A stretch of DNA of 64,000 bases from the IMG/VR virus record IMGVR_UViG_3300036766_002286; one strand, given 5' to 3'. Below, in pieces: positions 9,808-18,311 of this stretch (positions within the stretch are counted from its first letter, which is position 1; every line of letters begins with the position of its first letter). The DNA comes from a virus (lineage: Duplodnaviria; Caudoviricetes). The translations under genes were made by a program, and so were the position numbers. The notes below the pieces were generated by a model that had not been told where the DNA came from, ran no database searches, and saw only the letters and a program-made list of their open reading frames with translations.

Positions 9808-10752
9808 TTATTTTGATTTTATATCCCAACCATCAGCTATAATACAGCCATTTAGATTTGCGCCTATAAAGTTAGCATCTCCTAGCCCAGCACCTCTTAA
9901 ATCAGCAAAACTCAAATCAGCATTACCAAAATCGACGTGGTTTAAGTAAGCATCATTAAGCTTGGCATAACTTAAATCAGCACCACTCAGATCACTGTCA
10001 CTTAAGTCAGCACTAGTCAAATTGGCATACCTTAAATTAGCGCAACTTAAATTAGACTGATACAACAGCACGCGGCTTAGATCTGTTTTGCTGAGATCCG
10101 CTCCACGCATATTGGTTTCACTTAGCTTAACGCCGCTCAAGTTAACTCCACCTAAATTGGCTTCAACTAAGTTGGCTCTACTTAAATCTACCTTGTCTAG
10201 CTTGGTGCCTTTACTTAAATCCACCCCACCTAAATAGGCTCCACTCAAGTCGACGCCAACCAAAATAGTTTGACTCAAGTCAGCGCCTTTAAAACTAACC
10301 TTACTTAAATTAGCACCGGTGAAATCGGCGGCATATAAATTGGCTCTAAATAAATTAGCGGCGAGTAAAGTAGCTCCATTAAGCTTGGCGTTAGTTAAAT
10401 CAGCATCGTGTAAAGTAGCTCCATTTAAAACAGCTTTACTTAAATTAGCACTGCTCAGATTAGTATTATTTAGATTAGTATTATTTAGATACGCACTATG
10501 TAAGTTAACCATATACATGCGAGCGTCCTCTAAGTTGGCCCCATTTATACTAGCACTAGATAAATCAGCGTTACGCAAATCAGTTTCAGATAGATCTGCT
10601 CCATCTAAACTAGCTCTGCTTAAGTCCGCACCATTTAAATTAGCACCACTTAAATTGGCTCTACGTAAATCTTTTACTTGTCCATCTAATACAAGTATTG
10701 CGTCTTTTCCATCACAATCAATGTGAGGTACTTCACGATGTTTAGTTGTCAT
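9808..10752 (-). CDS. Pentapeptide repeat protein (PRP15, longest)
   Basis: Long repeat run; HIDCDGKDAILVL N-cap; GCIIADGW end. Confidence 0.93.
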   Translation of the reverse strand: MTTKHREVPHIDCDGKDAILVLDGQVKDLRRANLSGANLNGADLSRASLDGADLSETDLRNADLSSASINGANLEDARMYMVNLHSAYLNNTNLNNTNLSSANLSKAVLNGATLHDADLTNAKLNGATLLAANLFRANLYAADFTGANLSKVSFKGADLSQTILVGVDLSGAYLGGVDLSKGTKLDKVDLSRANLVEANLGGVNLSGVKLSETNMRGADLSKTDLSRVLLYQSNLSCANLRYANLTSADLSDSDLSGADLSYAKLNDAYLNHVDFGNADLSFADLRGAGLGDANFIGANLNGCIIADGWDIKSK

Positions 10753-11140
10753 TGGTTTTCTCCTGTGCTTGCATAATCCATCCTTCTGTAAAAATACAGC
10801 CATCCCAATTTACCCCAGTTAGATCTGCGCCGTGCAAATTTGCGCCAGTCAAGTTAGCATTATTAAGGTCAGCACCATTCAAATTAGCATTAGTTAAATT
10901 GGCAAAACTCAGATCGGCGCTGCTTAAATTAGCGTCGTTTAATTTGACACCATACAGATAGGCATCTCTCAAGTCAGCTCCGCTTAAATTAGAGCCCCGC
11001 AGATCTTTAAATTCGCCACCCAATGTAAATATTGCATTTTTACCCTTACGATCAATATAGGGTATTTTATTAGATCTTGGCGTTATTACGAACTCTTTTT
11101 GATCGACCAGCTTTGATTCTTCCTGAGATTTATCACTCAT
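10742..11140 (-). CDS. Pentapeptide repeat protein (PRP16)
   Basis: Repeats; YIDRKGKNAIFTL cap; GCIFTEGW end; AGGAG before ATG 11140. Confidence 0.92.
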   Translation of the reverse strand: MSDKSQEESKLVDQKEFVITPRSNKIPYIDRKGKNAIFTLGGEFKDLRGSNLSGADLRDAYLYGVKLNDANLSSADLSFANLTNANLNGADLNNANLTGANLHGADLTGVNWDGCIFTEGWIMQAQEKTNDN

Positions 11141-11167
11141 AAGTACTCCTTGCATCCAGTTGTATCT

Positions 11168-11196
11168 TACTATAGGCGCTTAAGTCGTCTACACAA
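11168..11196 (-). promoter_or_regulatory. Class A promoter
   Basis: TTGTGT-16bp(..GCGCC)-TATAGTA on the minus strand. Confidence 0.65.
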
Positions 11197-11203
11197 ATAA
11201 TAT

Positions 11204-11290
11204 ATGTTCAAAGCTGATTTTTCAGGCACTGTACTCCGAGCCGCTTATAATGAGGCTGCCTTACCAGATGGCACTTTGTATCAACAATAA
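11204..11290 (+). pseudogene. PRP 3'-end remnant
   Basis: MFKADFSGTVLRAAYNEAALPDGTLYQQ* matches the LPDGTLY C-cap. Confidence 0.7.
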
Positions 11291-11378
11291 GTCTCTTACT
11301 GTCATGATGTATCTCTAAAATTTCTTATCTTGATAGCAATTAGCCCCAATAGTATCATTAAACTAAGGAGCTAGAATA

Positions 11379-11660
11379 ATGAACCAAACACCCGTTCCGT
11401 CAGTTTCTACGATAGTTTCTACGATCAGAGCTATGATTGTTCATTATGAAATGGACTTTCTGGTGCGCAGGCAGAGTGGGAAAATGAGTCAAAAACAAAT
11501 AGACGACGACATCGAAATTATCGAAGATGCCAATAAGGCGATGGAAACGTTACTAAAGGACGATCTACGCTTGCGTGAGTACATCACCGAACTAGAAGAA
11601 GAAAACCGCCAACTTCGTTCCAGCCAGCCAGGACAGTTCTATACGCCGAGTGGAGAATAA
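11379..11660 (+). CDS. Small coiled-coil protein, divergent member of the AIR..ELQALL..RIAELE family
   Basis: STIRAMI...METLL..LREYITELEEENRQL; AGGAG SD. Confidence 0.7.
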   Translation: MNQTPVPSVSTIVSTIRAMIVHYEMDFLVRRQSGKMSQKQIDDDIEIIEDANKAMETLLKDDLRLREYITELEEENRQLRSSQPGQFYTPSGE

Positions 11661-11662
11661 CG

Positions 11663-12391
11663 ATGACCAAACCAAATGTTAAATACAGAGATCGTAATGG
11701 TAACGAGCAACATCTACAATGGGACAAGTCGTGGGCAGACCTCGATTTATGTGGCGCTAATTTTGCAGGTTGCGATCTCATCGGTGCTAACTTCGCCGGC
11801 GCTGACTTACGTGGTGCTATTTTGTACAAGGCTAATCTGCGTGACGCTGATTTCCGTAGTGCTTCTATGATTTGTGCTGACCTAAGTGAAGCTATCTTAA
11901 CTGGCACTGATTTTAGCAATGCGGATTTATCACACGCAAAGCTGCGGGGAGCAAATCTAGAATCGGCTGTTCTAAGGGGCGCTAACCTTAATGAAGCTGA
12001 CCTACGTGAAGCTAATCTAATTAATGTCGCCTTTGCGGGCGCAGAATTGAAAAAAGCTAACTTAAGTAATACTAGTTTGGAAGGGGCTAATTTTTATGGG
12101 GCAACTCTGTATTACGCTAATCTAAGTGGAGCAGATTTGAGACGTGCTGATTTATGTGATGCTAGTTTGCAAGGCGCTAACCTAGAGCGTGCTAATTTAG
12201 GTGGTGCTTACTTTTGGAGAGCTAATTTAAGTCACACCAATCTGCAACACACTAATTTACTAGGCGTTAATTTTGAAGATGCCAATTTAAGCCAAGCCGA
12301 CTTTACAAATGCCGATCTGCAAGGTGTGACGCTTACTTTGCATCAACAAAAAGAGTGCATAGGATATAGTACAACTTCGAGAGACGCATGA
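11663..12391 (+). CDS. Pentapeptide repeat protein (PRP17), chimera of a PRP12-like N-part and the PRP13 C-part
   Basis: N-part closely similar to 8033-8626; C-part identical to PRP13. Confidence 0.93.
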   Translation: MTKPNVKYRDRNGNEQHLQWDKSWADLDLCGANFAGCDLIGANFAGADLRGAILYKANLRDADFRSASMICADLSEAILTGTDFSNADLSHAKLRGANLESAVLRGANLNEADLREANLINVAFAGAELKKANLSNTSLEGANFYGATLYYANLSGADLRRADLCDASLQGANLERANLGGAYFWRANLSHTNLQHTNLLGVNFEDANLSQADFTNADLQGVTLTLHQQKECIGYSTTSRDA

Positions 12392-12482
12392 TGCATAAGC
12401 CTAATGTAAAATATATTGATAGTCTAGGTAACCCGCAGGAACTTGTCTGGGGCGACTCATGGGTAGGCATAGATTTGGCGGG
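12123..12482 (+). repeat. 360-bp exact direct repeat, copy 2
   Basis: Identical to 8779-9138. Confidence 0.93.
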
Positions 12483-12855
12483 AGCCGATTTAAGCGGTGT
12501 AGAGTTAGCCGGCGCTAACTTTTCTAATGCTAATTTGAGACGCGCTAATATGCGACGTACTAACTTAGGCGCAGCAAATCTAAGCGCTGCTTGTTTGGTT
12601 GATTCCGACCTAATTAAAGCTAATTTATGCAGCGCAAATCTGAAAGACGCTAATTTGCGTAGCGCTGATTTAAATCACGCGGATTTAAGTAACACTGACT
12701 TAAGTAATGCTAACTTACGTTTCACTAATTTACGACGTGCTGATTTGCAGGGTGCTGATTTATCAGGCGCCGAACTACGAGGAGTTGAGCTATCTAGCCG
12801 CCAGAAAAAGGCGTGCATTGGTCTTAGTGAAACTGTACAGTCTTCTTATGAGTAG
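12388..12855 (+). CDS. Pentapeptide repeat protein (PRP18)
   Basis: N-cap identical to PRP14, different repeat body. Confidence 0.93.
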   Translation: MMHKPNVKYIDSLGNPQELVWGDSWVGIDLAGADLSGVELAGANFSNANLRRANMRRTNLGAANLSAACLVDSDLIKANLCSANLKDANLRSADLNHADLSNTDLSNANLRFTNLRRADLQGADLSGAELRGVELSSRQKKACIGLSETVQSSYE

Positions 12856-13612
12856 ATCGAATCTTAAATATATTGACCAAGACGGCCACCCACAAGAATT
12901 AAAGTGGGGAGAAAGATGGTCAGAATTTGCCCTGGCTGAGGCTAATTTATCTAATTCCGACTTGTCTGGCGCAGATCTCACTAACGTATGTTTAGATAAA
13001 TCAAATTTAACTAACGCCAATTTATCAGGCATAACCGCCACTTCAGAAGTATGTATGCAAGAAGCAAATCTTGAGGGAGCCAATCTTTCTAAGGCATTTC
13101 TTCCTGGAGCTTATTTGACACGCTCAAATTTCTCTTATGCTAATCTTACTTCCATAGAGCTGTCTAATGCAGATCTTACAGGCGTTAAGTTACTAAGAAC
13201 AGACCTAACCGGAGCAAATCTTTCAGGTGCTATCATGGTAGGCTCCCAGGCTTTGCAAGCTATTTTTACTAAAGCCGACCTGATAGAGACAGACCTGTAC
13301 GGATCCGAACTGGGCAATTCCAAATTTATAGGTGCTAATTTATCTCGCGCCAATTTATCTAGAGCAGAACTGTATGATGCAGATTTTTCTGGCGCAGATC
13401 TAACAGATGCTAGGTTTGTAAATACTAGTGTACATGGAACAAATTTCACTAAAGCAAATCTTTTAGGCGTGGATTTTTCCACCACCCAACATCTAGAACT
13501 ATGCTGTATGCAGTACGCTAATCTCACTGGCGCCCGCTTTCCGGAAGACCACGTATTTGAAGGCAACGCTTATATTGGTGCTACTTTACCAGACGGTACT
13601 TTGTACCGGTAA
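12848..13612 (+). CDS. Pentapeptide repeat protein (PRP19)
   Basis: Repeats; LKYIDQDGHPQELKWGERW cap; FEGNAYIGATLPDGTLYR end. Confidence 0.93.
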   Translation: MSRSNLKYIDQDGHPQELKWGERWSEFALAEANLSNSDLSGADLTNVCLDKSNLTNANLSGITATSEVCMQEANLEGANLSKAFLPGAYLTRSNFSYANLTSIELSNADLTGVKLLRTDLTGANLSGAIMVGSQALQAIFTKADLIETDLYGSELGNSKFIGANLSRANLSRAELYDADFSGADLTDARFVNTSVHGTNFTKANLLGVDFSTTQHLELCCMQYANLTGARFPEDHVFEGNAYIGATLPDGTLYR

Positions 13613-13637
13613 GCTATAAAAGTCCCAATAAAGTCTC

Positions 13638-13666
13638 TTGCTTTTAGTCACATTCCGCGTACAGTA
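13638..13666 (+). promoter_or_regulatory. Class A promoter
   Basis: TTGCTT-16bp-TACAGTA followed by AAGGAG. Confidence 0.65.
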
Positions 13667-13690
13667 CTTAAATAATCAAGGAGAACTACC

Positions 13691-14113
13691 ATGTTTGATA
13701 AATACGGTCCACAAACTAAATATATTAAGAGGTTACTAGATGAGGTCTATTCGTTAAACCAGGACCAAATAACTGATTTGCAAAAATCTGTTACTCACTC
13801 TACAAACCGCGCAGCCGAGGGTATTGCCTGGCGCGCTGCTATAAGCGTTTCTCACCACCCTGCCGGAGATGCCATCGGAGAAACTGTAAGTGCTTCATCT
13901 AACAACGCCTGGGACGCCGCCGCGCAAGTCACCGAATCCGCTTGTAAGAATATTGATCAAGATGCCACTTCCGCAATTCGTGGGGTTTCATCAGCACTAG
14001 CTGTCCGCGATCGTATTGGTGGTAAATTCACTCAAGAACATTATGATGTCCTTACTAAGCCTTGGCGTAAAATTGTCGGCTCAATTCATCCAGACGATAA
14101 AAATCTAATATAA
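13691..14113 (+). CDS. Hypothetical protein resembling actinophage Ala/Trp-rich (AWDAA) proteins
   Basis: YGPQT N-terminus, AWRAA/AWDAA core, ALAVRDRIG..FTQEHYDVLTKPWR..IHPDD end. Confidence 0.65.
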   Translation: MFDKYGPQTKYIKRLLDEVYSLNQDQITDLQKSVTHSTNRAAEGIAWRAAISVSHHPAGDAIGETVSASSNNAWDAAAQVTESACKNIDQDATSAIRGVSSALAVRDRIGGKFTQEHYDVLTKPWRKIVGSIHPDDKNLI

Positions 14114-14147
14114 AAATATGCTCGCGCAAGCCACACGTAAGTAACTG

Positions 14148-16589
14148 TTACAATCCGCGTAATTCCCCAAAAGCAGCTATACTAACCTCCAGTGGTGATC
14201 CACTACCATCACGCTTTGAGCGATCTTTAGGATAACCAACAACCGATCCAGCAGCACTAATTCCTATTGGTAATTTTATTCCCACTCCAGCAGCAACTAT
14301 ACCTGCTTCAGCTTTTCGCAAAGTCATACATCGCACTCCACCAGTTCCTCTACCTTTAGTTGGATAATCAGCCACACTACTTACTTTAACAGAGCCCATA
14401 TCTGATATTGTAACTACTACTGCCAAACTTCCCGGCTCATAGCATGTAAATAAGATTACTTCATTACCATCAGCAACTCTAATCCCAGCCATTCCGCCGG
14501 CAGTCATGCCCTTGCTTGCAACCAAGTTTAAGTTAAATCTAAGTAACTGTGCATCTGTAGTTACAAATATACCATCAAATGACTCTGCGCACTTGCTTGA
14601 TAGGGCCACCACCCCGACAACTTTATCTTTAGGTTTTAAAGTTATAATAGGCTTAGGGTCTAATCTAAGTGGGAATTCACTAGTAAGAATTTTTTTAATA
14701 AATCCTTGTGCAGTTCCCATAACGATAGCTTGTCCGTTACTTGCATCAAATAACCCTACAGCGCTTTCACCGGGCTCAAAAGAAAAAACTTCTTTGCATA
14801 ATACACCCCTAGAAGATCCAGCTGCAATTGGTAGATCTATTACAGAGCACCGCATAAGGCGGCCATGCGAGGTAACTACTCCAATTATCGCTCTGTTAGT
14901 TGTAATGGCCTGTGATAGTACAACATCATGTTTTGAGGCTTTACCACTGAAAGGCTCGATCCCATAGCGCCCTATAAGGCCGGTTGTAGTTAAGACTACT
15001 ATACACGGGTCATCTGGTATTTCTAAGGATACCGATGCAGAGCTCACTATAGCAAGGTCTTTAACTAGACGTGATTTTCGCGGCGTTCCATGCAACTTAC
15101 TTACTTCTCCCAGCTCGGTAGATACCAGCTCACGCATGACTTTATCAGAAGATAATAACTTATTTAGCTCAGCTATAGTCACCTTGAGGTCTTTTAGCTC
15201 ACCTTTAAGGCTTGCTACTTCTAAACTAGTCAGTCTACGTAACGGCATTTCTAAAATAACATCTGTTTGTATATCTGATAGCGCAAACGCCTTCGAAAGC
15301 TTTTCTCTAGCTACAGCCGTACTGCTACTAGATTTAATAATCTTTATGACTTTGTCTATAGATACTAGAGCTAGCACTAACCCTTCTACTATATGTTCGC
15401 GTGCTTTGGTCTTAGCTAAACGGAATACTGTACGCCTACGAACGACTTCTAAACGGTGTTTTAGATATAGGCTGCACAATTCTAACAGTCCTAGAGTTTT
15501 AGGTTCCCCATCCACTAAAGCTACGTTATTCACTGAAAAAGTTTCCTGCAGGGGAGTTAGTCGGTACAATTCATCTAGTACTGCTTGAGGATTAAAACCA
15601 TTTTTGCATTCTATAACCAAATGTAATCCGGGAGTTTTTCTATCTGTAAAGTCATTAATATTAGATACTCCGGTCAATTTTTTTGCATTTACTAAAGCTT
15701 TTACTCGTTCCATTATTTTTACAGGTCCCACATTATACGGAAGCTCTGTTATAACAATTGCTTTTTTCCGACCTGTTGTATCTTCAATTGTAGCTGATGC
15801 TCGCAGCATAAAAGATCCACGGCCAGTAACATAGGCCTCTTTTATACCTTCACGACCTATTATAATCCCACCCGTAGGCAAATCTGGCCCTAGAATAAAT
15901 TTCATTAATTCTGACAGACTCATTGTCGGATTCAATAGCAGTGCTTGCAATCCTTTTATAACCTCAACAAGATTGTGCGGAGGCATGTTTGTAGCCATAC
16001 CTACAGCAATTCCAGTTGACCCATTAACTAGCAAATTAGGAAATCCAGCTGGCATAACTTCAGGCTCGACTCCCGTTCCATCATAAGTCTCTGTCATGTT
16101 TACAGTATCTTCATCTATACCTTCAACTAAACTTAAAGCTGACGCAGCCATCCTACATGCCGTGTATCTACTCGCAGAAGCTGGATCATCTAGAGAACCA
16201 AATCCTCCATGTGGGTCTATTAAAGGTAATCGCATAGACCAAGCTTGTGCCAGACGTACAAGTGCTTCGTAAATGGCCATGTCGCCATGTGGGTGATATT
16301 TTCCCATTGTATCACCCACCACTTTAGCACACTTGTTGTAAGGTGCTTTTGGTAGCATTCCTTGCGCATATAGTGACCATAGAATGCGTCGATGCACCGG
16401 TTTTAGTCCATCGCGCACATCAGGCAATGCTCGTGCTACTATGACACTCATAGCGTATTCTAGAAATGATCCACTAAGCTCTTTAGATACATCTATATCA
16501 GTAGTACCACTTAAGACAAGTGCACTACTAGATTTGCTAGCAGCTTTAGTCGCCCGCGGTTTAGCTTTTTTAGTTGCCACAATCCACAT
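14148..16589 (-). CDS. parC: Type IIA topoisomerase A subunit, actinobacterial topoisomerase IV (ParC)-like
   Basis: RALPDVRDGLKPVHRR, YHPHGD, catalytic RYT, LLVNGSTGIAVGMATNMPPHNL; CTD AGGMAGI and KGRGTGGVRC; no GyrA-box seen. Confidence 0.85.
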   Translation of the reverse strand: MWIVATKKAKPRATKAASKSSSALVLSGTTDIDVSKELSGSFLEYAMSVIVARALPDVRDGLKPVHRRILWSLYAQGMLPKAPYNKCAKVVGDTMGKYHPHGDMAIYEALVRLAQAWSMRLPLIDPHGGFGSLDDPASASRYTACRMAASALSLVEGIDEDTVNMTETYDGTGVEPEVMPAGFPNLLVNGSTGIAVGMATNMPPHNLVEVIKGLQALLLNPTMSLSELMKFILGPDLPTGGIIIGREGIKEAYVTGRGSFMLRASATIEDTTGRKKAIVITELPYNVGPVKIMERVKALVNAKKLTGVSNINDFTDRKTPGLHLVIECKNGFNPQAVLDELYRLTPLQETFSVNNVALVDGEPKTLGLLELCSLYLKHRLEVVRRRTVFRLAKTKAREHIVEGLVLALVSIDKVIKIIKSSSSTAVAREKLSKAFALSDIQTDVILEMPLRRLTSLEVASLKGELKDLKVTIAELNKLLSSDKVMRELVSTELGEVSKLHGTPRKSRLVKDLAIVSSASVSLEIPDDPCIVVLTTTGLIGRYGIEPFSGKASKHDVVLSQAITTNRAIIGVVTSHGRLMRCSVIDLPIAAGSSRGVLCKEVFSFEPGESAVGLFDASNGQAIVMGTAQGFIKKILTSEFPLRLDPKPIITLKPKDKVVGVVALSSKCAESFDGIFVTTDAQLLRFNLNLVASKGMTAGGMAGIRVADGNEVILFTCYEPGSLAVVVTISDMGSVKVSSVADYPTKGRGTGGVRCMTLRKAEAGIVAAGVGIKLPIGISAAGSVVGYPKDRSKRDGSGSPLEVSIAAFGELRGL

Positions 16590-16644
16590 CCGGCATCATA
16601 GATTTTATTGAGTCTTGTACAACATAATATTTCCGCATCTATAA

Positions 16645-16673
16645 TACTGTCCGCTATTTGCTAAATAGCGCAA
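16645..16673 (-). promoter_or_regulatory. Class A-type promoter of the topoisomerase gene
   Basis: TTGCGC-16bp-GACAGTA. Confidence 0.55.
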
Positions 16674-16770
16674 GCACCCTTTATTTTAGCCCATATTTGA
16701 TGCTATATAAATATATTATTTATATTAAAGATATCAAAAGTTATTTAGTATTTTATCAAAATATTTCAAG

Positions 16771-18030
16771 TTAGCTTTTCAGAATTAACATAACGAACTC
16801 ACTCCACCAGCCATCTGTTGTCTTAGCTGTTCCAGCGTCATCTGCCCCAACTAGTTTTATAGTGAAATCAGCCACTCGTCCGAACGTTTGCAGAAAACAT
16901 GTATTAGTAACGGTAAGAAAATATGCTGTATATTCGGTATCAACACTAGTGCCGGTATCAACTACACACCCGTCTACTAGCACTTCACCTAAATATATTC
17001 CATCTGACTGTATGAAACCATCTATAGTTCCATCAAAATCGCCATCTAGTTTAACATCCAGTGTCATTGAACCTTTAATATCAGTAGTTAATACCCGTGC
17101 TTTAACACTCACTGTCTCTGAGTTAACTGCTACCTTAACGTCCTGTATGGTAGCCAAAAACGCAGTTTCACTAGCCCACACCAGATAGCCGGTATAATTA
17201 ATATTATCTGCCGGCACGTTGTTTTCTAGTTGTTGTTTTGCAGCTATAATCCAATCTAGATATGCAGAAACTCTAGTAAAAATAGTAGGGCTCTCTAGGC
17301 AGTCGCCTTCACCATAGGAAACTATTCCAAGCAGTACGGGTTTTTTCGATCCTACAAATCCAACCAGCGGCCCGCCACTATCTCCGTTGCATGCCCCAAC
17401 GAATGCTCCAACGCTTTTGTTGTAAAAACCCGCCGTAATTTGTAAGCTTGGTATAAAATCAGGAAACCATTTGCTAGCACTTTTACCATAGTCACTTTGT
17501 TTACTAGAACCTAAACGTTTAGCAGCATTACCCCACTCATCAACTCCCCACCCATATAAAGACATACTCCCAGGCTTTGTCCGAGCAAATTTATCATTTT
17601 TACCAGTTAGTGCTAGCGGCGTCATAGACGATGGTGCCGCTAGTCGTATAAGTGCTATATCATTGCCTGTCACAAAATTATCTATGTTAAATCCCGTATG
17701 TTCAATAAAGTCTACAACTTGAATTTTCGGGAAATTAGCTCCACTCGTTCCTCCAACTCCAACAAGCAGTTGTTCTGGATTCAGCCCATCGACACAGTGG
17801 GCTGCAGTTAAAACGTAAAAAGGGTCAATTAAGGTACCTGTACAAATCCCAGATGGATACCATACTCCAGGTAGTTCATTATAATATAATTGTACCGCCC
17901 AAGGGGCTTTAGAGTTTGCTATTCGTTGTACCGGATATACTATTGCATTTGCATCTATAGCCGGTAGAACCATGATGGTAATTAGCATAGCGTTTATTGT
18001 AATAAAAATTGCTCGGATGATTTTTTGCAT
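16771..18030 (-). CDS. Secreted trypsin-like (S1) serine protease with C-terminal extension
   Basis: LTAAHC, NDIALIRL, CNGDSGGPL catalytic triad; signal peptide; CACTAT-7nt-ATG start. Confidence 0.92.
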   Translation of the reverse strand: MQKIIRAIFITINAMLITIMVLPAIDANAIVYPVQRIANSKAPWAVQLYYNELPGVWYPSGICTGTLIDPFYVLTAAHCVDGLNPEQLLVGVGGTSGANFPKIQVVDFIEHTGFNIDNFVTGNDIALIRLAAPSSMTPLALTGKNDKFARTKPGSMSLYGWGVDEWGNAAKRLGSSKQSDYGKSASKWFPDFIPSLQITAGFYNKSVGAFVGACNGDSGGPLVGFVGSKKPVLLGIVSYGEGDCLESPTIFTRVSAYLDWIIAAKQQLENNVPADNINYTGYLVWASETAFLATIQDVKVAVNSETVSVKARVLTTDIKGSMTLDVKLDGDFDGTIDGFIQSDGIYLGEVLVDGCVVDTGTSVDTEYTAYFLTVTNTCFLQTFGRVADFTIKLVGADDAGTAKTTDGWWSEFVMLILKS

Positions 18031-18311
18031 AGTAGAGATAGTGTGGTTCTTATAACCTCTGTCAAAAAGCTCTATTAGCACTAATTGTGTTGTCTAGTTG
18101 TGATTTAATATTAAAAAATAAAGCTGCATAAAATAATTTACTTATCTCAGAGCTCTCACAATATTAAATAGTGTACAAAGTCTATTTAGTTATTCTTCAA
18201 CTACACCAATGGTTTACGGCTAATTTTACTCAGATTAATACCCAAAAACTTATCCCAGTAATAAGTCGGTTACTTACAAGCTATTTCGCTAAAACTCGCA
18301 CAATCATAGGT

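Noticed and set aside
8033-12482. Diversity-generating retroelement TR/VR pair among the PRP duplicates
   Set aside because: The 360-bp copies are identical, PRP12/PRP17 differences are not adenine-restricted, and no reverse transcriptase is in the window.
14148-16589. Calling the gene gyrA
   Set aside because: No QxRGGKG GyrA-box is seen, and the CTD motifs match the actinobacterial topo IV-like paralog; phylogeny is needed to be certain.
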